Shown here: piece after piece, positions 13,171 through 26,176 of the stretch
How the letters are laid out: every line of letters starts with the position of its first letter
How positions within the stretch are numbered: the first letter of the stretch is position 1
Assembly: GCA_030295235.1 (NCBI GenBank)
Contig: AP026167.1
Location: 124,001-188,000, forward strand
Source: Fistulifera solaris
Taxonomy: Eukaryota
Reading direction: 5' to 3'
Length of the DNA: 64,000 bases
Notes under the pieces: model-generated
The model's database searches: none
Seen by the model: the letters and a program-made list of their open reading frames with translations, nothing else
Told to the model about the DNA's origin: nothing
Program-made: the position numbers and the translations under genes

Positions 13171-13940
13171 ATGAAAAAGTCGCCTCTATTTCTCCTTTCA
13201 TTCTTCTGTTTTCAGGAAATTAGATACAATACATGCCATGCTGTGTGGATGGATCCTTCCTTGCCGGAACTCCCTCTCGACAAGTTCCTAGACAAGACGG
13301 ACGCAATTAATTCCAATCAACACAATCCATTTGTTCTCATGACACCACGAGTGGGCCCGCCACCGCGTTATCAGGTGCGCTTACTATTAGAAAAAGCTTC
13401 AAGCTTTTCTTTTGCCTAACATGTTTCTTGACGACTAGCAGATCGGGTCAATCGATAGCGACAACACAGAATTTAATGTCGGAAATGGCTACACGGATGA
13501 ATCACAAAGTCGCAATATTATTTCTATCCATGAAACATCAGGCACCAACAATGGGCTTACCAATGCGGTTACAAAAGAGTCTCGTCGTGTTCCGGGAACA
13601 TTGTATTATGCCTTTATCGTTTTAGCACCGGGTTGTGACAGACTAGGCGATGCTAGTGCGATTCAAATCAAAGGCCAATTTATAAGCTACGATTCCGTCG
13701 ATGTATCTCTGGCAATCTATCCGTGGCTTGGGTCGATGCATGATGTCAATGGCAACCAAAGTGAATTTGGACTGTGCCTGCAAGCCGATATTTACATTGT
13801 CGATGATGCCGGTACCCCCAATTAATTGAAAGCAAGCATTTCGATTTTGATGTTACAGTCCTAGCAGCTTCATTTGCTTTTGAAAAGAATGATCATATCA
13901 CTCTCTCATCCGTCGCGCAATGGCCGAGACTATGTGCATA
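13171..13940 (+). pseudogene. Diverged or truncated surface protein family member B; exon1 13171..13374, intron 13375..13441
   Basis: MKKSPLFLLSFFCF..GPPPRYQ|GTGCGC..CCTAAC..CAG|IGSIDSDNTEFNVGNGYTDE..YYAFIVLAPGC..FGLCLQADIYI. Frame breaks near 13822 before SKHFDFDVT, and no clear C-terminal half is seen. End approximate. Confidence 0.7.
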
Positions 13941-15229
13941 GACGAAATGCATCGAATGTCGGTCTTAACTGATAGAATATGGATGGAATACAATTATTTG
14001 CGGTGTTTGTCTTCATTTCCTACAACTTATAACATTAATTTTCAACATTCGTAATGGATATAGTCCTCTTGACAATCAAAAGCTGTCAGCATTTACATCG
14101 TTACGCAATGACCTTCAAATCTCAATTACTAGAGCATAACGACCTGGCGCTTACGCCGGTTTCTAGGAGTTTAATTAAGCTCATCAACAGAGATCACCAT
14201 TTGAAACGAGGCCGTGCAGCTCTTAGTGGTTACCGACTTCAAAGCAAGGCGTGCTATTGTCGACTTATTCAGGAATGAAGTCACCAAAACGGAAACGACG
14301 AATGAAAGCTTTCTCCTGTGTGACGATCACCATAATGAAAGCTTCTTAGATGTTCGTCCAGCTCAAAATGACGCGCCTCATCCTTTCAATCCGTTGACGT
14401 GATTTTTTTGACGACGAAGATCAATGAGCGAGGTCACGTTTCAACATGCAAAGTGCCACCAGGGGAGTACAAAAGGTATGGCGATGGCAAGGACGAACGG
14501 CCGTTCGCGCTAAGCGAATAAAGGTACTGATCATGTTGTCTCACGATGGTTATGAAGGTTTTCCTCTATTCCTTTATGCGTACAACAATCTGATAATTGC
14601 GACGTGCCGACCAATATGACGACTTCCGTGTTTCTTCTCATTCACATCGAAATAAAAAAGTCGTTCAGATCCCATACACATCAACATTAACTTGAATGGA
14701 ACAGGCAAGGAACAATCAACATACATTACATCAACCAGCAACGAGCAACGACCTCGTAGCTCGAAGACGCTAGAGTCAATAAGAACGAAGGAAGAAGGAA
14801 AGAAGGGTGAAGCTATTTTAGTGTTGTGGCTGCTGGTAAATGATACGCTATACATGAAAACAAAAAGTCTGAATCAAATTTAACTATAAGGTTTTTGTGT
14901 AGCACCGTTTGGTCGGATTATCTATAGCTTCTCTTGTTCGTCGATTCCCTCGCTGCTCAATGTCATTCTTTCGCGAACTCTGGTGAAAGAGTGCAAAATG
15001 CAAAAGGCAATCGGATGAATAAAAGAAGACGCATAATCCCATTTAGGCGTTCTCTGAGTAAAGGCCCATTGTGGATGGTTATTCATTCACAATGACCGCA
15101 TTCAGATTGAGGAATTGCTGTTATTGTTGGTCGATCACCATATTTTTGGTCTCACAAAATCCAAACGCGATCAAACGAAAAGCATTTCAACAGTTCAACA
15201 GCAGCATAGCTACAACACAAACACCAAAT

Positions 15230-16433
15230 ATGAAATTTCTCCTCTCTACATTCGCGCTTCTCGGTTTCACCAACCAGGCATATGCGCAGCTACCTCCCAC
15301 CCTCACGGTATGTTTATCAGATAGATCTGCTTTGCTTTTCTGAGACGCATTGTCGCAATGATTTTCACCAGAGCAAAGTCAATTCAATTTACTCTGTGTT
15401 TGAAACCTTCACTGACCCACTCAATCCTTCTCCTTGCTTGCAGATCGGAGACGTTAGTGATTCAAATACAGAGTTCAACGTCGGGGAAGGCAACACGGAC
15501 GAAACCACAAGCTTGAACCACATCCAGATCGCAGCCACTGCCGGTACCGACGTTGAAATTTCAAACAACCCGGGACCCAACCCGCCGGCCGGTACGAAAT
15601 ACTACGAGTTCACCATTCTTGCTCCAGGATGCCTTGCTGCCGGAGACGGAGCCGTAACTGTCAAAACATCTTACGACCAAGACGGCCACTTGACGGCTCT
15701 CAATACAGTCGACATGGAACTCGCCGTGGCACCGTGGGGTACATCGGTTCACGCCGTGGAGGGCAAGTTCGGCGTGTGCATTCAAGCCGATATTATAATG
15801 ATCAACGCAGCCCTAGAAGCGGTGGTTCTCGAACGCAAGCACTTCGATTTCCGCGTGACACCCATCCTTTCGACCTTCACTGTCACTTCAGATATCGAGA
15901 ATAACACAGTTGATGTTGGCGGCTCAACGACCGAGCAATCCGGTACAACGGTCACGGGGGCCTGGGAAGGCACCAACCCTCTACCTCCCGGAGAGCCCAT
16001 CTGGTTCAGTCTCGCCGTCGATGATCAGGATTACAACTTTGTCGAATTCGAAACGGTCACCATGAAGATCGGCGCGGCACCGGCTACTAATCTCATCACC
16101 GCCACAGTTCCCGTTGATTCTGCCTTGACCAGCTTTGAGTTGGGAGCCACCCCCAAGACGATCAATTTCTACCATATTCTTCCCCGATCAGCCTTTGGAG
16201 CCACTTCGCAAACTCTCACCATGACGGGTAAGGCCCTTGTCGACTACGTCGGACCTATTCGTCGTCTGCGGGGAACTGAAGACCGCGAGCTTGCCACAGA
16301 GCCTGTAACGACCGACTTTTCGATGGAAGCCATGATGTTGGCCGATGAAGGCGGTGACAGCGGCAGTTTCAAGATTGAGATTGTGTCGCTCGTGATCGGC
16401 GGCGTTGGTGTCATCGGTGCGGCGGTGCTCTAA
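15230..16433 (+). CDS. Surface protein family member C; exon1 15230..15307, intron 15308..15443, exon2 15444..16433
   Basis: Signal peptide MKFLLSTFALLGFTNQAYA-QLPPTLT, GTATGT..CAG intron, RRLRG motif, terminal DSGS + hydrophobic tail with no cytosolic residues. Confidence 0.9.
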
Positions 16434-17232
16434 GACAAACGATCAGCAATACGCGTTTCATTTACGTCAATATTATTCATAACTCGCTCTGATAAGTGCG
16501 CCGCAATCAATTGCATGACAAAATTCATAATACAATAGCAACCATAAAGATCAAAAACAGCTTCTTGAGCCTCTCTTCGACGGGCCACCGTTTTGTTAGG
16601 AAGCAACATGAAGTTTCATATCAGTTATTAGCTGCGTCTTCGATGCTTAGGACAATCTCGTAGGGAGAGATGCGGTCGATTAAAGGGTTTGAGACGTTGT
16701 CGACGATATCGCCTGACATACGGCCCGTAGCGTGTTCGATCAAAAAGGCTTCGTGTCCCCAACAATTGTGGCGATCCGCAATAAAGTTACGACCTAGTGG
16801 ACAATATTTTAATCCTTTATTATTGCCTTCATTGCCACGGTATGTGGCGCTATTACCTTGCTGGCATGTTGGTTTCCTCATTTTTTTCGCGTAAAAATTA
16901 ACCTTGTACCACGTAGTTGCAGCATACCAGGTATAGATGGCAGTCACAATTCATAATAGGTCGAAGCAACACCGCCAAAGCGTAACGGTACAAATTCGTT
17001 AAGTATAACACGTAAATCTAGTCAATAAACCCGGAGCCAAAAAAATAATAGCAGCACCACAAAATTAGCGAAACGCTTTTCAAGAGACTGATTACATTCA
17101 GTTATTGTAATGTCAAGCTTGTGCAATTCTTTAAATGGAAGGAATGCATACAAAGCACGAGTATCTGAATTTCGAACTGGCCCGTGACGGTCGACGTATC
17201 TGCCAGCACGAGCTCAACTGCAAACAATCCTC

Positions 17233-18261
17233 TCACGTCTCGCGAGCCGGAACCTGATGAAATGCGTCGCGAATTGTAAAAGCCACTTTCTCCCGCGCCA
17301 TGTCGTTGTCGACTTCCATCCAGTCTTCGTCGAACTTCAAAAATCGGCCGCCTTCTTGTTGAATCATGTGTACAATCCGCCACGTAATCGATGTCTTGTG
17401 ACCCCGATCACCCTTTCGATACTCTTCCTGGAATTCATGACACAGTTCACGAAGGCGCATGTTACCAGGGTGCTTGCGCTGCGCTTGTCGTCGACCAAAA
17501 AGGACGTCTGGATCCACTGGAGTAATTGCTTCACTGGGATGAACTTTTCCTTTCTTTCCGAGTTGCCCCTTCGCGGCGCCTCTCCTTACGTGCTGAGGCT
17601 GACCTATTAGTGACCGTGGGTCGTAAAAAGACGATTGACCATCTCTTTCGACAGGATTGGATCGCCAGAGTCGCTTGTTCTGGCTTTTCGCTGACTCGGA
17701 AGTCATGGAAGCGTCACTATCCCGTAAGTTTGGAAATACTATTTGAGCCGGAAATTTATAATCGCGTTCTTCGGACGGGAGCGACGAAGAGTCATCTCGG
17801 CCGTTCAAGTCTCCAAACGCTGGCTGGATCGATGATTTAGATTGATGTTCCGGAGCTGGCTTGAAGCTATCTGGGTGACAGTGGTCTCCTTGGGTTGTGT
17901 TAGCTGACATCTTTGTCTTCTGTTGTTGTGATGGACGCCTCACTCCAGTGTCGCCGTCCAGCACATAACTAGCTCGAGGTTGTGCCCGACGGCTCTGTTG
18001 CATTTCTTTCAGTCTCCAATAACGGGCCAAGACCTCCGCGACGAGCTTCTTTTCAGAAGCCTTTTTATTTCCGTCTTGTCGACCCTCCACACGGTCAGAT
18101 GAGGCAGCTTTTGCGGGAAAGACTTGTGATTGATGTGTACGAAATGCACCGGCCTCGTGTCGGTGATTGTGAATCTCTACGGACCGGTTTTTGTGCTGTA
18201 GCAAGATCTGCTCCGTCGCCTTTTGTTTCCAATCGGATGATTCAATCGTGCTTTCCGACAT
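17233..18261 (-). CDS. DUF6824-domain protein (diatom-expanded family) with low-complexity N-terminus
   Basis: C-terminal DVLFGRR..HPGNMRLRELC..YRKG..K..I..GGRFLK..W.EVD..AREKVAFTIRD matches the family pattern. Confidence 0.8.
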   Translation of the reverse strand: MSESTIESSDWKQKATEQILLQHKNRSVEIHNHRHEAGAFRTHQSQVFPAKAASSDRVEGRQDGNKKASEKKLVAEVLARYWRLKEMQQSRRAQPRASYVLDGDTGVRRPSQQQKTKMSANTTQGDHCHPDSFKPAPEHQSKSSIQPAFGDLNGRDDSSSLPSEERDYKFPAQIVFPNLRDSDASMTSESAKSQNKRLWRSNPVERDGQSSFYDPRSLIGQPQHVRRGAAKGQLGKKGKVHPSEAITPVDPDVLFGRRQAQRKHPGNMRLRELCHEFQEEYRKGDRGHKTSITWRIVHMIQQEGGRFLKFDEDWMEVDNDMAREKVAFTIRDAFHQVPARET

Positions 18262-19361
18262 GTGAGTGGTTGCTGATTCTTTGAAGCTGTACCTCCTTCT
18301 GCAAGGAGATTGTATTATTTTTTTGCGAATCGATGCCGGTTAACGAGTAAAACGAATGCAGCTTCAGCATTTGTTTAGTTGAGGTTTTAAGAGGAAGGGA
18401 AAACGTTACGCTTTTGAGGTGAAGCACATTAAACGCGTTTTTGTGCATTGAGTTGTGACGAGGATAGAAAAAAATCAATATGACACACGCGGTGCTTCAA
18501 AGCCCGACAATAAAATTTCGCCAAAGTGGGCGTGTCTCTTTGTATGGAAGTTGTTGTGGAGTGAATGACTCCTTACCGGGAATTTCCTTGAATGAATCAT
18601 CTTGCGAATGGGCCGTGCGACCACGCGCATGAAGGCCGCACTTTTCGTGTTGCGGATAAACAATGTACGAATAATTGCAGTGAAGACAACGAAACGGTGA
18701 TGCTAGCCGACGAGCCCCGCCCTTTTCACTCAAGTGGACGAAAAGTTGAGTTTCATTCACGACCAAAGCACGATGTTTGTCCAAATCCCGACACAACTAG
18801 GATTACACAACATTTTGTTGCAAATGTGCATTTTAGCGATCAGCGTGAAAGGATTTGAAGTTTTGTTCCTTGATCAGCGTACGTGCAGATATTCGAGCAT
18901 GTAGACGGATTCAAATTTTGCGCTCGAAGATGAGGAATACCTTGCTATTCGCCTCTCAAAGGGAAGTCTTTATCCTTACTTGTCTCTCTAAAGTTCTGTG
19001 GTGACGGAGCATGACTTATGAGCTCAAATCAAATCCTATTAAATGAGCAAGTTGAGTATTTTTTAAATTTCAGACTGATCGCTTCATGCCGCGAAGTTGG
19101 ACCCATTAGTCGAAGCCACTTGCCTTGTAATCCTGGCACGGCAATTTCTAGAAAATTATAGCTGAGTCAAATGAAAATTTATGTATCATCATTATTGGCT
19201 AGAAGGGTTTGTCTACAGACACTTTGCCATTCGCGATGCGTTAAAGGGCATGAAACAATGCAATCGGAACACCGACCAGAAACAACAGAAAAGAAGCCGT
19301 AGGCAAAGTAGTGCCGCTACTAACATCACCTCGCAAGTTGTTCCTAGCAATATTGCTGTTC

Positions 19362-22300
19362 TCATCCCGACTCGTCCATCAATACTTTCATTCGTCGCGT
19401 TCCGAAAATATTCCATGGTAAATAAGTCAACGAGCCCGAATCATCGGGTTTATCACCAGGGGTTTCAGTGGGTGCTAGAACAACATTGTTGACTAAGGAA
19501 GTAGATTCATTGTTTGAGGAGGAAACAATTGGCGCCGTCGTCACGTCCACTTCACCAATTGTTGCTTGAGTGGGTGAACCCGTGATGACACTATAAGAGA
19601 CAGACTCAGTAGGGTGTGTTGTCACGTCAACATCATCAATTGGAGCCCGAAAGTGGGGGAATCCGTGATAATATCATTAGTGGCAGACTTCGGTGGGGGC
19701 TGTCGTCACATCAACTTCACCAATTGGTGCTCGAGTGGGCAAACCCGTAATAACACTATGAGTGCCAGACTCAGTGGGGGCTGTCGTCACGTCAACTTCA
19801 CCAAATGGTGCTCCGGTGGGCAAGTTCGTGATATGAAGGCCAGACTTCGCTAGGGCGCAATTGTCACGTCAACTTTGCTGAAAGAAGCTGGACTGGGCTT
19901 CTCGGTAATGACATGGGACACAGATGGAGCACTCAATGGGGCCTCTGTCAACTCAAACTCGGTGAAAGGAGCTGGGCTGGGCTTCTCGGTATTGACATGC
20001 AGCATGGATGGAGCCACAGAAGGAGCCTCTGTCACGTCAACTTCGGGGTGAAAGGAGCAACGCTTCGGCTTTTCAGTAACAAGATGAGAAACGGATGGCA
20101 TGGTTGAAGGGGCTTCTGTCATGTCAACTTCCGCAAAAGGAGCAAGGCTAGGCTTTTCTGTAACAAGATGAGACAAGGATGGAGCTGCTGAAGGAGCCTC
20201 TGTCACGTCAACTTCGGTGAAAGGAGCAAGACTTGGTTTTTCCGTATTGACATGCAACAAGGATGGAGCCGCAGAAGGGGCATCTGTAACATCAACTTTA
20301 GCAAAAGGAGCAAGGCTGGGCTTTTTGGTAACAAGATGAGAAACGGATGGCGTGGTTGAAGGAGCCTCTGTCACGTCAACTTCTGCAAAAGGAGCTAAGC
20401 TTGGTTTTTCCGTGAACGACATGAGACACGGATGGCGCTGTCGAAGGGGCCTCTGTCACATCAACCTTGGCAAAAGGAGCTAGACTAGGTTTGTCAGTAA
20501 TGACATGAGACACAGATGGAGCACTCAATGGGGCCTCTGTCAACTCAAACTCGGTGAAAGGAGCTGGGCTGGGCTTCTCGGCATTGACATGCAGCATGGA
20601 TGGAGCCACAGAAGGGGCCTCTGTCACGTCACCTTCGGTGAAAGGAGCAACTTCGGCTTTTCAGTAACAAGATGAGAAACGGATGGCATGGTTGAAGGGG
20701 CTTCTGTCATGTCAACTTCCGCAAAAGGAGCAAGGCTAGGCTTTTCTGTAACAAGATGAGACAAGGATGGAGCTGCTGAAGGAGCCTCTGTCACGTCAAC
20801 CGGTGAAAGGAGCAAGACTTGGTTTTTCCGTATTGACATGCAACAAGGATGGAGCCGCAGAAGGGGCATCTGTAACATCAACTTTAGCAAAAGGAGCAAG
20901 GCTGGGCTTTTTGGTAACAAGATGAGAAACGGATGGCGTGGTTGAAGGAGCCTCTGTCACGTCAACTTCTGCAAAAGGAGCTAAGCTTGGTTTTTCCGTA
21001 ACGACATGAGACACGGATGGCGCTGTCGAAGGGGCCTCTGTCACATCAACCTTGGCAAAGGAGCTAGACTAGGTTTGTCAGTAATGACATGAGACACAGA
21101 TGGAGCACTCAATGGGGCCTCTGTCAACTCAAACTCGGTGAAAGGAGCTGGGCTGGGCTTCTCGGTATTGACATGCAGCATGGATGGAGCCACAGAAGGA
21201 GCCTCTGTCACGTCAACTTCGGTGAAAGGAGCAACGCTTCGGCTTTTCAGTAACAAGATGAGAAACGGATGGCATGGTTGAAGGGGCTTCTGTCATGTCA
21301 ACTTCCGCAAAAGGAGCAAGGCTAGGCTTTTCTGTAACAAGATGAGACGAGGATGGAGCTGCTGAAGGAGCCTCTGTCACGTCAACTTCGGTGAAAGGAG
21401 CAAGACTTGGTTTTTCCGTATTGACATGCAACAAGGATGGAGCCGCAGAAGGGGCATCTGTAACATCAACTTTAGCAAAAGGAGCAAGGCTGGGCTTTTT
21501 GGTAACAAGATGAGAAACGGATGGCGTGGTTGAAGGAGCCTCTGTCACGTCAACTTCTGCAAAAGGAGCTAAGCTTGGTTTTTCCGTGAACGACATGAGA
21601 CACGGATGGCGCTGTCGAAGGGGCCTCTGTCACATCAACCTTGGCAAAAGGAGCTAGACTAGGTTTGTCAGTAATGACATGAGACACAGATGGAGCACTC
21701 AATGGGGCCTCTGTCAACTCAAACTCGGTGAAAGGAGCTGGGCTGGGCTTCTCGGTATTGACATGCAGCATGGATGGAGCCACAGAAGGAGCCTCTGTCA
21801 CGTCAACTTCGGTGAAAGGAGCAACGCCGGCTTTTCAGTAACAAGATGAGAAACGGATGGCATGGTTGAAGGGGCTTCTGTCATGTCAACTTCCGCAAAA
21901 GGAGCAAGGCTAGGCTTTTCTGTAACAAGATGAGACGAGGATGGAGCTGCTGAAGGAGCCTCTGTCACGTCAACTTCGGTGAAAGGAGCAAGACTTGGTT
22001 TTTCCGTATTGACATGCAACAAGGATGGAGCCGCAGAAGGGGCATCTGTAACATCAACTTTAGCAAAAGGAGCAAGGCTGGGCTTTTTGGTAACAAGATG
22101 AGAAAACGGATGGCGTGGTTGAAGGAGCCTCTGTCACGTCAACTTCTGCAAAAGGAGCTAAGCTTGGTTTTTCCGTGAACGACATGAGACACGGATGGCG
22201 CTGTCGAAGGGGCCTCTGTCACATCAACCTTGGCAAAAGGAGCTAGACTAGGTTTGTCAGTAATGACATGAGACACAGATGGAGCACTCAATGGGGCCTC

Positions 22301-25300
22301 TGTCAACTCAAACTCGGTGAAAGGAGCTGGGCTGGGCTTCGGCATTGACATGCAGCATGGATGGAGCCACAGAAGGGGCCTCTGTCACGTCACCTTCGGT
22401 GAAAGGAGCAACGCTTCGGCTTTTCAGTAACAAGATGAGAAACGGATGGCATGGTTGAAGGGGCTTCTGTCATGTCAACTTCCGCAAAAGGAGCAAGGCT
22501 AGGCTTTTCTGTAACAAGATGAGACAAGGATGGAGCTGCTGAAGGAGCCTCTGTCACGTCAACTTCGGTGAAAGGAGCAAGACTTGGTTTTTCCGTATTG
22601 ACATGCAACAAGGATGGAGCCGCAGAAGGGGCATCTGTAACATCAACTTTAGCAAAAGGAGCAAGGCTGGGCTTTTTGGTAACAAGATGAGAAAACGGAT
22701 GGCGTGGTTGAAGGAGCCTCTGTCACGTCAACTTCTGCAAAAGGAGCTAAGCTTGGTTTTTCCGTAACGACATGAGACACGGATGGCGCTGTCGAAGGGG
22801 CCTCTGTCACATCAACCTTGGCAAAAGGAGCTAGACTAGGTTTGTCAGTAATGACATGAGACACAGATGGAGCACTCAATGGGGCCTCTGTCAACTCAAA
22901 CTCGGTGAAAGGAGCTGGGCTGGGCTTCTCGGTATTGACATGCAGCATGGATGGAGCCACAGAAGAGGCCTCTGTCACGTCACCTTCGGTGAAAGGAGCA
23001 ATGCTCGGCTTTTCAGTAATGACATGAGACACTGATGGAGCACTAGAGGGGGCCTCCGTTTCATCAACCTTGGCAAAAGGGGCAAGGCTTGGTTTTACGG
23101 TATTGGCATGTGACACAGTTGGGGCAGCTGAAGGCTTTTCCAACTCATCAGATGGCATGATTGGAGGGATGACAACAGGTGCTTTAGTAGGAAGGTCATG
23201 AGGCACATTAACTGGTGCTTGTGGTGGAACACCACCAGGTTCAAAAGGTGGAATTACAACCGGTGCTTTCGTCGGGACAGCATGAGGAACAGTGACGGGT
23301 TGTTGTGAAGGCACACCACCTGGTTCAAAAGGAGGAATAACAACTGGAGCTTTCGTCCGAACGGCATAAGGAACAGTGACGGGCTGTTGAGGCACATCAA
23401 ACGGTGCTTGTGATGGAACACCACCTGGTTTAAAAGGCGGAATAACAACGGGTGATTTCGTTGGAACGGCATGAGGGACCTTGACAGGCTGCTGTGACGG
23501 AATGCCACCTGGTTCAAAAGGTGGAATCACAACTGGAGCTCTTGATGGAACGGCATGAGGGACCTCGACAGGCTGCTGTGACGGAACGCCACCTAGTTCA
23601 AAAGGTGGAATCACAAATGGAGTTTTTGTTGGGACGGCCTGAGGAACAGTGACGGGCTGTTGCAAAGGCACCCCGCCCTGGTTCAAAAGGTGGAATCACA
23701 ACTGGAGCTCTTGATGGAATGGCATGAGGGACCTCGACAGGCTGCTGTGACGGAACGCCACCTGGTTCAAAAGGTGGAATAACAACGGGTGCTTTCGTTG
23801 GAATGGCATGAGGGACCTTGACAGGCTGCTGTGACGGAATGCCACCTGGTTCAAAAGGTGGAATCGCAAATGGAGTTTTTGTTGGAATGGCCTGAGGAAC
23901 AGTGACGGGCTGTTGCGAAGGCACCCCGCCCTGGTTCAAAAGGCGGAATAACAACCGGTGCTTTCGTCGGAATGGCCTGAGGAACAGTGACGGGCTGTTG
24001 CGAAGGCACCCCGCCCTGGTTCAAAAGGTGGAATCACAACTGGAGCTCTTGATGGAATGGCATGAGGGACCTCGACAGGCTGCTGTGACGGAACGCCACC
24101 TGGTTTAAAAGGTGGAATAACAACGGGTGATTTCGTTGGAACGGCATGAGGGACCTTGACAGGCTGCTGTGACGGAATGCCACCTGGTTCAAAAGGTGGA
24201 ATCGCAAATGGAGTTTTTGTCGGAATGGCCTGAGGAACAGTGACGGGCTGTTGCGAAGGCACCCCGCCCTGGTTCAAAAGGCGGAATAACAACCGGTGCT
24301 TTCGCCGAACGGCATGAGGGACCTTGACAGGCTGCTGTGACGGAATGCCACCTGGTTCAAAAGGTGGAATCACAACTGGAGCTCTTGATGGAATGGCATG
24401 AGGGACCTTGACAGGCTGCTGTGACGGAACGCCACCTGGTTCAAAAGTCGGAATAACAACTGGAGCTTTCGTGGGAATGGCATGAGGGACATCAACCGGC
24501 TGCTGAGAGGTACGCCTGGCTCGAAGGTGGAATCACAACCGGGGCTCCGGATGGAATTGCTTCTGGGACAACATTTGGCACGTCAGCAGGTGTTTTCGAT
24601 GGTACACCCCCTGGCTCAAAAGGTGGAATGACAATTGGAGCCCCAGACGGAATAAAATGCGGTGGTTCAAAAGGCGGAATGACAACTGGAGCCCCAGACG
24701 GAATAACATGCGGTACATCAACTGGCGGCTGCGAAGGCACACCACCTGGTTCAAAAGGCGGAATGACAACTGGAGCCCCAGAGGGAATAACATGCGGTAC
24801 ATCAACTGGCGCCTGTGAGGGAATGCCTGCTGGGTTGACTGGTGGAATATCATAAGGAGGCTTTTAGTAAGGAGCTTTTGTTGGAATACCTTCCGAACAT
24901 CGGGTGGCATGTTTGATGGGCGACCAGTGGGAATAGTCTCCGGACCGACAGGAGGAATGGCATAAGGAGGCTTTTCGTAAGGAGCTTTCGTTGGAATACC
25001 TTCCGGAACAACAGGGCGGCATTTCCGATGGGCGACGAGTGGGAATAGTCTCCCGGACCGACAGCAGATATGGCGTAAGGAGGCTTTTTTGTACGGAGCT
25101 TTTGTTGGAGTGCCTTCAGGAACGACAGGCGGCATGTCCGATGGGCGATGAGTTGGAATTGCCTCAGGACCAATGGGAGGCAAACATGTAGGCGCTAGCA
25201 ACAGGAGTTCCCTCGGGAACGACGGGAGGTGTGAGCACAAGATCAATCGTATGCATGATCCCATTACTCGCCAAGATATCCAATTGGACCATTGCTGCAA

Positions 25301-26176
25301 CTCCATCAACTTGAACACTGCCATCTGACTGAGTAATATCCAAGCTAGGACCAAGTAATGTCGTAAGCGTGCTACCATCTTCCAGAAGAAACGATGGATA
25401 AACATTGATCACAAGATGATATTGCAGCACCAAGGCCAACTCGTCAGGGTTCTCGGTGAGTGCGGTAAGAGTTCCGGTGGGGACAGCAGCAAAGGCGTCA
25501 TTCGTTGGTGCAAACAATGTGCGATTCATCGTTATCATGTCGTCTTCAATACCCGCCACCACGATGAGATTGGCCAGCATTGTCAGGTCCTCCATAAGAT
25601 TCACAACATCGAGCAACGACTGCGTCATAAAAGTGGGCCAAAACAAATCACAAACCTTATGGATCACGCCATTGCTTGCCACAATATCCCTGTAGTGAAG
25701 AGGGTTGTTAGAGAAGGCATTTCCGTACACGTAGATGGCGCCATTCATCTTGGTGAAAGAGATTGTTTCTCCCAACATGGTTGTGGCATTGAAACCCTCG
25801 GCGAGAGCATCCGAATAAACATCATCCATAAAAACATGAAAAGACAGAATTCCATTCAAGTGAAGAACCCAGTTTTCAGTAAGTAGATAGGATGGTACGT
25901 TGGCATCCAAAGGAGCCGAACAAGGTCAATGGTTGCGAATCGTTTGAAAGCAGATCGACAAGACCCGCCGTATCCACTAGCGTTACCAGAGAAGTCAACC
26001 CTTCATCATCTTGGAGAACTTCGTAGATAGTGGAAGTATTCTGTGTTGTCTGTGCTTGCATTGTTTTACCCGGTACAGACGCCGTTTCCGAAGGCATCCA
26101 CAAAAGCATTCCAGTCATCTGTCGCCATTACCCGAAAGGGCAGGAGCAGGAGAGGAATCCAGGCAATCATCTTCAT
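19362..26176 (-). CDS. Secreted fasciclin (2x FAS1) protein with very long Pro/Thr/Ser-rich mucin-like repeat stalk (~2,270 aa; many apparent frameshifts)
   Basis: Signal peptide MKMIAWIPLLLLPFRVMA. FAS1 motifs PLTLF, DIVASNGVIHKV, RTLFAPTNDAF, QYHLV, DILASNGIMHTIDLVL. Continuous repeat-coding sequence follows to about 19400; C-terminus approximate. Confidence 0.85.
19600..23100 (-). repeat. Coding tandem repeat: 84-bp (28-aa) units, EKPSLAPFxEVDVTEAPSxAPSxxHxxT, arranged in a 7-unit (~588 bp) higher-order repeat
   Basis: Diagnostic GCACTCAATGGGGCC recurs at 19929, 20521, 21105, 21695, 22284 and 22872 (spacing 584-592). Degenerate units lie at 19600-19860. Confidence 0.95.
23160..24850 (-). 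repeat. Coding tandem repeat: 84-bp (28-aa) units, VPHAVPTKAPVVIPPFEPGGVPSQQPVx
   Basis: CCTGGTTCAAAAGG recurs with 84-bp spacing (e.g. 23761, 23845). Confidence 0.93.

Noticed and set aside
14050..14890. C-terminal half of surface family member B
   Set aside because: Only a vague resemblance (LNGTGK..TY); no convincing RRL or hydrophobic tail.
15282..15443. ORF-track N-terminus MRSYLPPSRY.. (also at 31432)
   Set aside because: It reads through an intron. The spliced model gives a signal peptide and matches the paralogs' intron position.
16621..16947. 108-aa minus-strand ORF
   Set aside because: Non-ATG start, no recognisable domain or splice model; cannot be supported.
19850..24850. CRISPR-like or satellite array
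   Set aside because: Units are contiguous 84-mers with no unique spacers, keep coding sense within a FAS1 gene, and no cas genes are present in this eukaryotic context.
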